From Candidatus Wolfebacteria bacterium GW2011_GWE2_44_13 (GTDB lineage Bacteria; Patescibacteriota; Minisyncoccia; UBA6257; UBA9933), in assembly GCA_001000675.1 (NCBI GenBank), contig LCHW01000001.1, positions 360,875-424,874 on the forward strand: a stretch of 64,000 nucleotides of DNA, written 5' to 3'. Position 1 is the stretch's first letter. Each line of letters opens with the position of its first letter. The notes under the pieces are model-generated. The model saw nothing but the letters and a program-made list of their open reading frames with translations. It was not told the origin of the DNA and made no database searches. The translations under genes and the position numbers were made by a program. Of the stretch, positions 41,401 to 49,664 are shown piece after piece.

Positions 41401-41760
41401 GCAGCGCCAAAGTCACCCGTAGTTGCTCAAGAGTTAGTTGCAACGCCAACATCCGAAATACTGCATTCTTCTGCGCCTATCGTAAACCCAGAGCGAATTG
41501 CCCTTTTGGAGGCTAATATCAATACTGATCGTACAAACGCAGCATCGCATATCGTTGACCATTATAAAGCTGGAGATATAACTGCACAAGATTTTACGGC
41601 ATATTATGCTGGAATGGTAAACGGAGTTCGTAATGATGAACAAACAATTACGCGTGTGCAACAGTTGTTCCAGAGTGTAATAGCAGGAGCAAGTCCAGAA
41701 ATTAAAACCAATGCAATGGGGGAGTTAACGAAAATTGTTAAACAATTGCAAAAAACTTAA
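38467..41760 (+). CDS. large acidic Ala-rich hypothetical protein with internal repeats
   Basis: 1097 aa; coiled regions, hydrophobic segments, duplicated GKVAALS..NFVEGGNIAAA block, APQIV repeats. Confidence 0.75.
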   Translation: MKEKKPIIKTPASDNPYEVFLSPEKLAEKRAKQAELARAEVAEQSQEEVEQPQQLVTTTEESMEETKSETIVREQTVADAESFTPEEKKMTATEMREAREREEEGIAALAQDLFEKRMQGHGAEMVDAILIENGITPWTPEAEEFMRKWDWEQAAAKLAPIEQDRQTAIEQVNGIEPKKLIELSEKEEGVIAVQLAQFNMQPADLEQISGFDTLSYGQRLLVIENLRQATLGRIQEEATDRHRAEVAGAAWYGKIWRNAFSKLRIAKHEKETAQEIMQGGLAHHREVLAQLTTGAENMGLDVLVEKDGSLTVQYLGKNELLSPAEQEQVAKFNTAAQKFSTVPAEWSFAPEGSKEYKEYTKAFQEFDQFKRTLLATEGNIFGEKNAMHAMSNADFKIRSNQFFNTHPDAMKELVAIKSDAIWTRGLGDMFKERGAQTSLGYIGRAMGASLLGKAAALPIVGGVIGMFMARKRAKESLHTQERQMRGGKNVDARFADMMYTTVPATTLGEKLERALHAVSTSEPDSEQHKKALATLRARLEYSQFKLEEGRIDFGSREVHTGNQYDLFDKIGAGFALLEQTAITDELESEEKAGKRFNRLDKMFTAEQNTVEDLRRIYKNKEMLKGMAIGATFSIVGYLIADTLAGTGNAHAATGPESVPAIKKSINLAGEPGAHTARVNGVAGAVGKVAALSSVGEKVGGGVANVAATESASLNFVEGGNIAAATTEQSEISGAGAAGKVAALSAVGEQANVATPESAPLNFVEGGNIAAAQETIPTVATIGARGAEGSIIDTLKTNPELAKKLGWDGVTDLKEWSGKEAHALWLADAKEQLAKPEMIEKLKNAGYTPDAKGYAEAMQHIAKGSIAIDPITKTINLENIEFVKARVTVIPSVVPVEQPVAAPQIVSGHAVEDSLPKTAIPVAVAPQIVGGSEAVAEAVAPQIVSGSAVETVTAPAPTAEAELTKTEAVTSAPVNKEAVAAPKSPVVAQELVATPTSEILHSSAPIVNPERIALLEANINTDRTNAASHIVDHYKAGDITAQDFTAYYAGMVNGVRNDEQTITRVQQLFQSVIAGASPEIKTNAMGELTKIVKQLQKT

Positions 41761-41919
41761 AAAAGTAAGTAAAAATGCGCCTTCAGGCGCATTTTTACTG
41801 TGCGCAAGAGGTGGCTGAAGCCATTGACAGTTTTTATAAAATATGTTAAATAAAGTACAGCCCTTAATGAAATTTGCATATAGTTAGTTAACCTCTAGCC
41901 AAAAGAAAAGGAGATCCCC

Positions 41920-42831
41920 ATGAGAAATTCATGGATTGTGTTGGCCCTGATGCTTGCAGTCGCAACTTTAACTGGTTGCGCTGCTACTAAGGATCGGATT
42001 GTGTACGTCGCCTATAACCCAGCGCAAGTTGGGCAGGCGGCTGTACAGCAACCACAACCGTCTCAACCCGCTGCAGCGGCGCCGCAGAAAGAAGTGCCGC
42101 GGTATGCAGCACCTGTTCCAGGGCGGCACTATCTCGACATCGGGGTGAACCCGGTTAACGAGAACCGGCCACTTGGCCCGGGTGAGAGACTCCTCACATT
42201 GGCTGAGGACGCTGAAGTTGTCACGCAATCACGGAAGGGGACAATCTCTCGAGGTTGGCTGCGCGCTGGCGAACAGGTGTTCGCCGTACTGGCGTCAGAC
42301 CCGAGATATTGGGAGGTTGTGGCAATTAAACGCTGTGGCAATCCGATACTGAATCGGGCCCACGGTGTGGGACCGGTCTGGATTCTGGAAAACAAGCCAG
42401 CGCCGGTTGCTCAGCCCGTTGTTGCTCCGCCGCCTGCGGCAGTGAAGGCACTTCCTCCCGTAATTGTGGGGGGGCAGCAGGCAGGGTTGACGTTCTATCA
42501 GCCCGCGGGCGAAGAACCTGTGCCCCTCTGCGAAGGCAAAGACCGGAGCAGGTGGGGGCCGATCATTGGAGGCTTGCTTGGCCTGGGGGTTGGGGTTGCG
42601 ACTCATAATCCGCTACTCGGCCTAGCCATTTCCGGTGGCGGGTCACTTGCTGGAGCATACAGCGATGGGTGCATCGACCCGAACGATGCCATGATAGCAT
42701 TGTTTTTCGCTGGAGCGGGGTACGGCTTAACGCAGCCTTCCTCTAGTGGGGGCGGTGGAAGCAATTCCGGCGGCCCCGCGCAGCTTCCTGGTAACGGGGG
42801 TGGCGGCCCTGGGGGTGTCCCGGGGGGCTAA
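41920..42831 (+). CDS. orphan lipoprotein with glycine-zipper-like and Gly-rich C-terminus (solo gene)
   Basis: LTGC lipobox; GPIIGGLLGLGVG; AAAGGAG SD; TTGACA at 41824. Confidence 0.75.
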   Translation: MRNSWIVLALMLAVATLTGCAATKDRIVYVAYNPAQVGQAAVQQPQPSQPAAAAPQKEVPRYAAPVPGRHYLDIGVNPVNENRPLGPGERLLTLAEDAEVVTQSRKGTISRGWLRAGEQVFAVLASDPRYWEVVAIKRCGNPILNRAHGVGPVWILENKPAPVAQPVVAPPPAAVKALPPVIVGGQQAGLTFYQPAGEEPVPLCEGKDRSRWGPIIGGLLGLGVGVATHNPLLGLAISGGGSLAGAYSDGCIDPNDAMIALFFAGAGYGLTQPSSSGGGGSNSGGPAQLPGNGGGGPGGVPGG

Positions 42832-43079
42832 ACTATATGCGCGTTTTGGAGGGGTGACTTGTTCGCCCCTCCCTCTTTTACAGTCTCGTACCGCATGGCA
42901 GTGGTAGGGTGTTGTAAAAGGGGATTGTTCTTGCAAAAAGCAAGAATTTGGCTACACTAACAACATAAGAAGGGGTGAGAGATGCTATTGACAAAATTGG
43001 CAAATTCTGCTTTACTATAGATATAAAAAAGAGCCCGCATGTAGACATGCGGGAATGAAACGTAATATATTATAACACT

Positions 43080-45515
43080 ATGACAAACATTATTAAAAAA
43101 ATTACAGTCGCATTGTTGAGCATAACCGCAGTCGCGGGTGTATTTGCTCCAGTTGCGAGCGTTTCTGCTGCGACATTTAATACGAGTGCAAACGATTATC
43201 CAACATTGCAAATTTCAAACTATACGCGTAATCCGGAGAGTAATGTTAACTGGTCTAACGCAGTGGCTGCAAACGCGGGAGAGGTTGTTAGCTTTCTTGT
43301 GTATTATCACAACACTGCATCGGATACTGCAAACGGAACAACGGTTCGTGTGCAGCTTCCAACAGGAGCGTTTACTACTACAACTATAACGGGTGGCGTG
43401 AGCGCATCAAATGCTTCTACTGTAAACGGCAACGTTTCCGTCAATCTTTCGTCTAGCCAAACGATGACCTTTATACCAGGGTCAGTAAGTTGGTATCCAA
43501 ATAAAAGTGCTACTCCGCGCGCATTGTTGAATGGACAGAGTGGCAGCGAGGTTGTTTCTGGAGGTCTTTCCGTTGGAAATATTGCCGGTGGATGGGCAAG
43601 CCAAGGGTACGTTACTTTTCGGGCGCAGGTAAATAACAGCGGAGGCACAGGGGGTGGAAATAACGGAACAGTTGCTTCTGTTTCAACTAACTCAGCTGTT
43701 TCTATTGGTCAGAATTATGCAACCCTACAGGGGAATGCTAACCCAAATAATTCCAACACAACGGTTTGGTTTGAGTATGGAACATCGCAGTCGTTCGGTA
43801 ACACAGCTGGTAACCAGACGATTGGTTCAGGCGCTGCGTCAACGAACGTTTCTGCCTATGTGCAAAACCTTTCTTCGAACACGACCTATTATTATCGTGC
43901 TGTTGCGCAAAATTCTTACGGAACTACCTATGGTAATACATTAAGCTTTACTACTCAGCCATTTAATAATGGCGGAGGAAATAACAATGGATCTGTTGCA
44001 TTTGTTACAACTAATCCTGCTACTGCAGTTGCCTATAACAACGCCGTATTAAATGGTTCGGTTAACCCGAACAATTCCAATACAAGTGTGTGGTTCGAAT
44101 ATGGAACGACACAGTCGTTTGGGAACACTGCGGGAAGCCAGACGCTTGGGTCAAGTAACTATACGACAACCATCACTGGATATGCGTATAACCTTACGCC
44201 AAATACGACTTATTATTATCGTGTTGTTGGACAAAATTCATCGGGAACAACGTATGGCAACACATTGAACTTTACGACACAGTCTTCTGGTTATAATACC
44301 AGTGGCAATACGCCGCTTGTATACACTAACGCTGCTAACTCTGTTACGACAAATTCCGCAACATTTAATGGGTCGGTGAACCCAAACAATAGCTATGCGA
44401 ATGCTTGGTTTGAATATGGTATGACCCAGTCATTGGGATATACTACGGGATATCAGGCAATCGGATCGAGCAATTACGCAACCACATTAACGGGAAGCGT
44501 AACTAGTCTTGCATCGAATACCACCTATTATTATCGTGCCGTTGCACAAAATTCTTATGGAACTACCTATGGTAATACGCTGAGCTTTACCACAGGAGGT
44601 TCTTCGACGAACACCTCTGGTATCGCGCCATATGTTACAACACGAGCTGCGCAGTCAGTATTCCGTAACTCTGCTTTGATTGATAGCTCAGTAAACCCGA
44701 ATGGTTCATTGGGAACTTCTTGGTTTGATTGGGGTGCAACCACCGCATTTGGCAGCCGAACAATTATTAGACCGATTGGCCAGGCTAATTATGCCGATAA
44801 TCATTCTGCAATTTTGAGCGGATTGAATGCGGGGACTACGTATTACTATCGTGCTGTTGCACAAAATGCATACGGAACAACGTATGGTAATACCCTTACC
44901 CTTACAACAACTGCGGATTCGATTGTGCCTGTTGTGATTAATAATCCAACACCCGTACAGCCACGCGTTATTGTGCAGCAGACTGCTTCTGGCGTCGCTC
45001 CGACCGTTACCCTAACACCGTCGATTGATAAAAAGAATCCACGGGGAGGTGACGAGATTGAATACACAATTCAGTATCGCAATGAAATGGCGAGCCCAAT
45101 CACAAACGTAACGTTAAGGGTTGAGTTGCCAAGTGAAGTAACATATGACACCGCAACGCTGAAGCCAAGTGTTTCAACGGATAACTCTGTCACATTTGAT
45201 TTAGGAACGATTACTGCAAATACACAGGGAGTCATTACAATCAAAGCAATCGTTAATCGAACTATTGATGCTGAAGATACATTAATCTTTGGTGCAACGA
45301 TTAACTACACGAACGCACGAAATCAATTCCAGTCTGCAACTGCATACCTTACTGTATTAGTAGGATCAGGTGTCGCGGGGTTGGCATCCCTTATAAGTGT
45401 ATTCGGTAATTTGTTCTCTTATTGGTTTGTCGATCTTATCCTTGGTTTGTTGATTGGTTTTGGAATATATCATTTCTTTGTTCGACAAAAAGAGGAAGAT
45501 GTATTGGTAAAGTAA
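43080..45515 (+). CDS. cell-surface protein with four FN3-like repeats, DUF11-like domain and C-terminal anchor
   Basis: Four repeats of NPN...WF[ED][YW]G.T...T[YY]YR.V.QN..GTTYGNTL. Confidence 0.85.
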   Translation: MTNIIKKITVALLSITAVAGVFAPVASVSAATFNTSANDYPTLQISNYTRNPESNVNWSNAVAANAGEVVSFLVYYHNTASDTANGTTVRVQLPTGAFTTTTITGGVSASNASTVNGNVSVNLSSSQTMTFIPGSVSWYPNKSATPRALLNGQSGSEVVSGGLSVGNIAGGWASQGYVTFRAQVNNSGGTGGGNNGTVASVSTNSAVSIGQNYATLQGNANPNNSNTTVWFEYGTSQSFGNTAGNQTIGSGAASTNVSAYVQNLSSNTTYYYRAVAQNSYGTTYGNTLSFTTQPFNNGGGNNNGSVAFVTTNPATAVAYNNAVLNGSVNPNNSNTSVWFEYGTTQSFGNTAGSQTLGSSNYTTTITGYAYNLTPNTTYYYRVVGQNSSGTTYGNTLNFTTQSSGYNTSGNTPLVYTNAANSVTTNSATFNGSVNPNNSYANAWFEYGMTQSLGYTTGYQAIGSSNYATTLTGSVTSLASNTTYYYRAVAQNSYGTTYGNTLSFTTGGSSTNTSGIAPYVTTRAAQSVFRNSALIDSSVNPNGSLGTSWFDWGATTAFGSRTIIRPIGQANYADNHSAILSGLNAGTTYYYRAVAQNAYGTTYGNTLTLTTTADSIVPVVINNPTPVQPRVIVQQTASGVAPTVTLTPSIDKKNPRGGDEIEYTIQYRNEMASPITNVTLRVELPSEVTYDTATLKPSVSTDNSVTFDLGTITANTQGVITIKAIVNRTIDAEDTLIFGATINYTNARNQFQSATAYLTVLVGSGVAGLASLISVFGNLFSYWFVDLILGLLIGFGIYHFFVRQKEEDVLVK

Positions 45516-45649
45516 GCGAATATATTTCGTATAAAAATCCCGCCACTAAGCGGGATTTTTATACGGAGAAAACTTGCTTTATCTATTAATGTGTTGTTTA
45601 ATAATTACAGCAACATTCATTCTTTATTACCGAAAAGGAGGGGTTGACG

Positions 45650-46231
45650 ATGCAGAATTTTAAGGTGTTTTTACTGGCTTTGTGCTGCGTAGTTATCGGT
45701 GCGACATGCGCATGCGCGTACGAGAAAGAGTTTATCGGCAGGGCGTATGTCATTACCGTTGTTTTCTCGGACTTCACGGTTCATGTCTATGACCCTGAAG
45801 GAATCGAACTTTTCTTTTCTGCGGTGGCATTGCCGCGGAAAACGCCAAAGCTTCCGATCGAAGGGCGGCTTCTCCGAATAGAACGAAATCCGGCTTGGTA
45901 TCCAACCAAGAATATCAAGGCATATGTTTTAAAGACGCAAAAAATTGTTTTGCCTGATATCGTTCCTCCTGGACCGGATAATCCGATGGGGCCAGTGAAG
46001 TTCACTTTTGAATTCTTCACGCCCGGAGCTGATCAACTCAGCAAGATGCATGGGACGAATAGTCCACGCTCTATCGGGAAAAAAGCAACAGCAGGATGTA
46101 TCCGATTGTATAATGAGGAAATTCTTGCAGTCGCGGATCTCATCGAACCTTTTCTTCTCGATGGCGAGGAAATTCGCATTCGTTACGTTAATCGTTTTGA
46201 TGACAATGATGCGCTGGTTGCTCATCGGTAA
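45650..46231 (+). CDS. L,D-transpeptidase (YkuD/ErfK family)
   Basis: NPAWYP, VPPGPDNPMG, HGTNSPRSIGKKATAGCIRL; AAGGAGG SD upstream (start could also be TTG 45644). Confidence 0.9.
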   Translation: MQNFKVFLLALCCVVIGATCACAYEKEFIGRAYVITVVFSDFTVHVYDPEGIELFFSAVALPRKTPKLPIEGRLLRIERNPAWYPTKNIKAYVLKTQKIVLPDIVPPGPDNPMGPVKFTFEFFTPGADQLSKMHGTNSPRSIGKKATAGCIRLYNEEILAVADLIEPFLLDGEEIRIRYVNRFDDNDALVAHR

Positions 46232-46306
46232 TACGTTTGCGTACGGGCGGGGATTTATCCCCGCTTTTTTGAACACACACACTATTTATAGTATAGTAAT
46301 TACATC

Positions 46307-47008
46307 ATGAGGCTACATAGATTTATTGGTAATTTTGATTGCTCACAAGACACGATTGTTATTGCTGAGGCGGAGGTTGTTAATCAAATACTCCGCGTAT
46401 TGCGGCTTACGGTTGGAGATCGGTTTATTCTTGGTGATGGTAATGCAAATGAATGTATTGTCGAGATAAGCGACCGACAAAAAGAACAGCTTACGACTAC
46501 TGTTATTGAGCGTTCTGTGAACACTGCTGAGCCCGCTGTTGCGGCTGTTTTGTATTGTGCTATTTTAAAGCGAGAAAATTTTGAACTCGTCGTACAAAAA
46601 GCAACTGAAATTGGTGTTCGTGAAATTGTTCCGCTGATTACGCAACGTACGGTTAAATTAGATATTAAAGAAGAACGCTTACGAAAGATAATCACAGAGG
46701 CTGCGGAGCAATCGGGGAGAGGAAGAGTGCCGATGCTTCGCCAAGCAATGTCCTTCGCCGATGCTCTTGTTGATGCGCAAAGAAATGACGTTAACTTTTT
46801 CTTTGATATTAGCGATGTGGTTGCTGAAGAAGGTGTTATTGGCGATGCTATGCGACGCGGATTGTTTGTTGGTCCGGAGGGGGGATGGAGCTATGACGAA
46901 GTGCTTGCGGCCCGCGCAGCTGGGTGTCATATTATTTCGCTTGGTGCGCTCACATTTCGTGCGGAGACAGCCGCTATCATTGCCTCTTATCTTGGGACAC
47001 GCCCGTAA
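46307..47008 (+). CDS. rsmE: 16S rRNA m3U1498 methyltransferase
   Basis: VLRL, QKATEIGV, EAAEQSGR, VGPEGGW, LG..TFRAETA. Confidence 0.95.
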   Translation: MRLHRFIGNFDCSQDTIVIAEAEVVNQILRVLRLTVGDRFILGDGNANECIVEISDRQKEQLTTTVIERSVNTAEPAVAAVLYCAILKRENFELVVQKATEIGVREIVPLITQRTVKLDIKEERLRKIITEAAEQSGRGRVPMLRQAMSFADALVDAQRNDVNFFFDISDVVAEEGVIGDAMRRGLFVGPEGGWSYDEVLAARAAGCHIISLGALTFRAETAAIIASYLGTRP

Positions 47009-47050
47009 TACTTGCATTTCATGGTATAATCATGTATAGCAAGAAGCGAC

Positions 47051-48898
47051 ATGGGTATTTTTAATCTCAAATCAGAATATGAGCCATCGGGTGACCAACC
47101 CGAAGCAATTAAGCAATTAACAGACGGACTTGATCGAGGAGATCGGTTTCAAACGTTGCTTGGTGTTACTGGCTCGGGAAAGACTTTTACGATTGCTAAC
47201 GCAATACGGCATTTTGATAAGCCGGTTCTTGTGATTGCGCCCAACAAAGCATTAGCTGCACAGCTGTATCGCGAATATAAAAATTATTTCCCCGAACATT
47301 CGGTAAACTATTTTGTTTCTTATTACGACTACTATCAGCCCGAGGCATACATGCCAAGTAGCGATACGTATATTGAAAAAGAGGCGATGATCAATCAAGA
47401 AATCGATCGATTGCGTCACCAGGCGACATCTGCACTATTAACTAGAAAAGACGTTATTGTGGTTGCGTCTGTTTCGTGTATTTATGGACTTGGCGTACCG
47501 ACAAATTATTTTGCATCGGCGATTCATTTAGCGGTAGGGCAATCGATTACGCGAAGAGACCTTATTAGTCAATTAATAAAAATTCAATTCAATCGGACCT
47601 CTGGCGTATTAAAACGAGGCGAATTTCGTGTGCGAGGGGATGTGTTTGAGATCATGCCCGCATCTGCAACAATGAGCTATGCAATTGAGCTTGGGCCAGA
47701 TCAGATTATTTCCGATATCGCGATTGTTGACCCTGTTACGCGAACCATGATCGATCATCCGAAAGACGTGGCCTTGTTTCCTCCGAAGCATTTTATTTCG
47801 AGTGCGCCGGCCATTGAACGTGCGGTGAAAGATATCAAAATCGAACTTGATGACCGATTGGAATATTTTGAAAAGCATAAGCTGTATCTTGAGGCACAGC
47901 GACTAGAACGACGCGTGCGGTATGACATGGAAATGTTGAAGAGCCTTGGTTTTTGCCATGGTGTCGAAAACTACTCGCGCCACCTAAGCGGAAAGCTTGC
48001 AGGAGAAGCGCCTGATACGTTGCTCGACTATTTCCCGCGTGATAAAGATGGGAAGCCAGACTTTTTGCTTGTCATGGATGAATCGCATATTGGCGTGCCA
48101 CAGGTGCGTGGCATGTATGCGGGCGATCGGAGTCGCAAAGACACGCTTGTGAAATACGGCTGGCGATTGCCATCGGCGATGGATAATCGACCGCTCCAAT
48201 TTAGTGAATTTGAACAACGTATTGGTCAGACATTATTTGTTTCTGCTACGCCAGGGGCGTGGGAGATTGAACATTCGACAACTGTTGCAGAACAGGTTAT
48301 TCGACCTACCGGGTTAATAGATCCGCCGATCGAAGTACGCCCTGTATTTAATAAGGAAACAAACCGAAGTCAAATTATTGATGTTATTGAGGAGCTACGT
48401 TTAATCGTGAAGAAAAAAGAGCGTGCGTTAGTCATTACGCTTACGAAGAAGCAAGCAGAAGATTTGCACGATCATTTTACGCAAGAAGGATTTAAGTCTC
48501 GCTATATTCACTCTGAGGTTAAGACGTTGGAACGAACGGAGATATTGATGAATTTTCGAAAAGGTGAGTTCGATGTATTGATTGGTGTTAACCTATTGCG
48601 TGAAGGTTTGGACTTACCGGAAGTTACTTTGGTTGCAATTTTAGATGCCGATCGAGAAGGATTTTTGCGTAGCGAAACCTCGCTTATTCAGACCATGGGA
48701 CGCGCTGCGCGCAACGTGAGCGGAACGGTTATTCTGTATGCGGATAAGATAACGGGCTCAATGGATCGAGCAATGAAGATTGTCGAGAAGCGCAGGAAGC
48801 TGCAGGCGGCGTATAACAAGAAACATGGCATTACGCCAAAGACCATTATTAAAACGATTGAACGGATGTTGGATTTTAGTGGGGCGGCTGAGGAATAA
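47051..48898 (+). CDS. uvrB: excinuclease ABC subunit B
   Basis: GDQPEAI, GVTGSGKT, YYDYYQPEAY, DESH, NLLREGLDLPEV. Confidence 0.97.
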   Translation: MGIFNLKSEYEPSGDQPEAIKQLTDGLDRGDRFQTLLGVTGSGKTFTIANAIRHFDKPVLVIAPNKALAAQLYREYKNYFPEHSVNYFVSYYDYYQPEAYMPSSDTYIEKEAMINQEIDRLRHQATSALLTRKDVIVVASVSCIYGLGVPTNYFASAIHLAVGQSITRRDLISQLIKIQFNRTSGVLKRGEFRVRGDVFEIMPASATMSYAIELGPDQIISDIAIVDPVTRTMIDHPKDVALFPPKHFISSAPAIERAVKDIKIELDDRLEYFEKHKLYLEAQRLERRVRYDMEMLKSLGFCHGVENYSRHLSGKLAGEAPDTLLDYFPRDKDGKPDFLLVMDESHIGVPQVRGMYAGDRSRKDTLVKYGWRLPSAMDNRPLQFSEFEQRIGQTLFVSATPGAWEIEHSTTVAEQVIRPTGLIDPPIEVRPVFNKETNRSQIIDVIEELRLIVKKKERALVITLTKKQAEDLHDHFTQEGFKSRYIHSEVKTLERTEILMNFRKGEFDVLIGVNLLREGLDLPEVTLVAILDADREGFLRSETSLIQTMGRAARNVSGTVILYADKITGSMDRAMKIVEKRRKLQAAYNKKHGITPKTIIKTIERMLDFSGAAEE

Positions 48899-48906
48899 TT
48901 TCTTTT

Positions 48907-48955
48907 GTCATTCCCGCCCTTCGGCAGGCTCAGGGTAAAACTCTGGCGGGGATCT
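48907..48955 (+). repeat. REP-like palindrome with nested CCCTTCG..GCTCAGGG hairpin
   Basis: GTCATTCCCGCC...GGCGGGGATCT. Confidence 0.55.
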
Positions 48956-48982
48956 ATCCTATTTTAAAAAGCGTCTTTTCTT

Positions 48983-49197
48983 TCCACTTTTTTTATAAAA
49001 AGTGGAGTAAAAAATCGCGAGCTAATAAAAATAGCGGAATGTTCTCAGAAATTGCTTACGAACTCGAGAACTCGCCGTTGGTACGGCTCAGACAGCTCGA
49101 TTTCTGTGGCAATTTTTCCTCGACCATTTCATCCGCTATTTTCACAGGCTCGCACATAAGACTCAGCGCCCTTAATCCGAAATATTTCCATGTTCGT
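48983..49197 (+). repeat. dispersed rod-like hairpin element, divergent copy 3, plus a 3' fragment of the copy-1 type
   Basis: Same architecture (T/A-tract hairpin, AAAATC, GAACTCGC..GCTCAGACA); tail CAGCGCCCTTAATCCGAAATATTTCCATGTTCGT at 49164-49197. Confidence 0.75.
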
Positions 49198-49230
49198 AAA
49201 TAAGGGAACATAGCGGATATATAAAAAATA

Positions 49231-49254
49231 AAAAGCCGGGAAAATCCCGGCTTT
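49231..49254 (-). terminator. intrinsic terminator of the minus-strand RNA
   Basis: AAAGCCGGGA-TTT-TCCCGGCTTT followed by a U-rich tract on minus. Confidence 0.8.
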
Positions 49255-49263
49255 GGTAAAACA

Positions 49264-49566
49264 TTCGCTCGCCCCGAGCCCCTTTGATAATCCCGGCACC
49301 TGACGCAACCTGCGCGGTTTCCTCCGGTTATTTCTCCCAAGTAAGGGGTGGTATCTCATACATGGCTCCGCCTTAACCGGAGTTAAGGGTTCACAGCCTC
49401 CCACCTAGCCTGCGCGGTACTTTTGTCTCGGGGGCAAAACAGGGTGGAGTTGAACCACCAAGCGGTGGACTCATGCATTCCCAAGGGCGCCTGCAGTATC
49501 AGGCGATGTCGGGGTCGGCATTACTGCGAATCCGGTGCTGTCCAGTTCAGTCCCAGGGCGAGCGAA
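49264..49566 (-). ncRNA. ~300-nt structured ncRNA containing a 23S L1-stalk-like module and a tRNA-like T-arm
   Basis: GC-rich; closing helix UUCGCUCGCCCUGGG/CUCGGGGCGAGCGAA; own promoter and terminator; AGGUGGGAGGCU..GGAGCC..UGAGAUACCACCC. Confidence 0.8.
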
Positions 49567-49590
49567 ACTGATATCAATGTAACTGCAGGT

Positions 49591-49619
49591 ATCGTATACT
49601 GGGTACATGTAATAGTCAA
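49591..49619 (-). promoter_or_regulatory. sigma70 promoter of the ncRNA, back-to-back with a TTGACA facing uvrA
   Basis: TTGACT-17-TACGAT on minus; GTCAAT-AC-ATTGAC dyad. Confidence 0.7.
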
Positions 49620-49664
49620 TACATTGACAAGGTCGTGGTTTACTGGCATAAGTAAGTACTATAT

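Noticed and set aside
43650-44910. CRISPR array or diversity-generating repeats
   Set aside because: The repeats are in-frame FN3-like protein domains with synonymous divergence; no spacers, cas genes or RT
49264-49566. Identification of the RNA as RNase P, tmRNA, SRP or 6S
   Set aside because: No GAGGAAAGUCC / ACAGAA..CGGCUUA P4 strands, no CCA end or tag ORF, no CAGG..GGAAG..AGCAG SRP loop, and too long and branched for 6S; resemblances are only fragmentary
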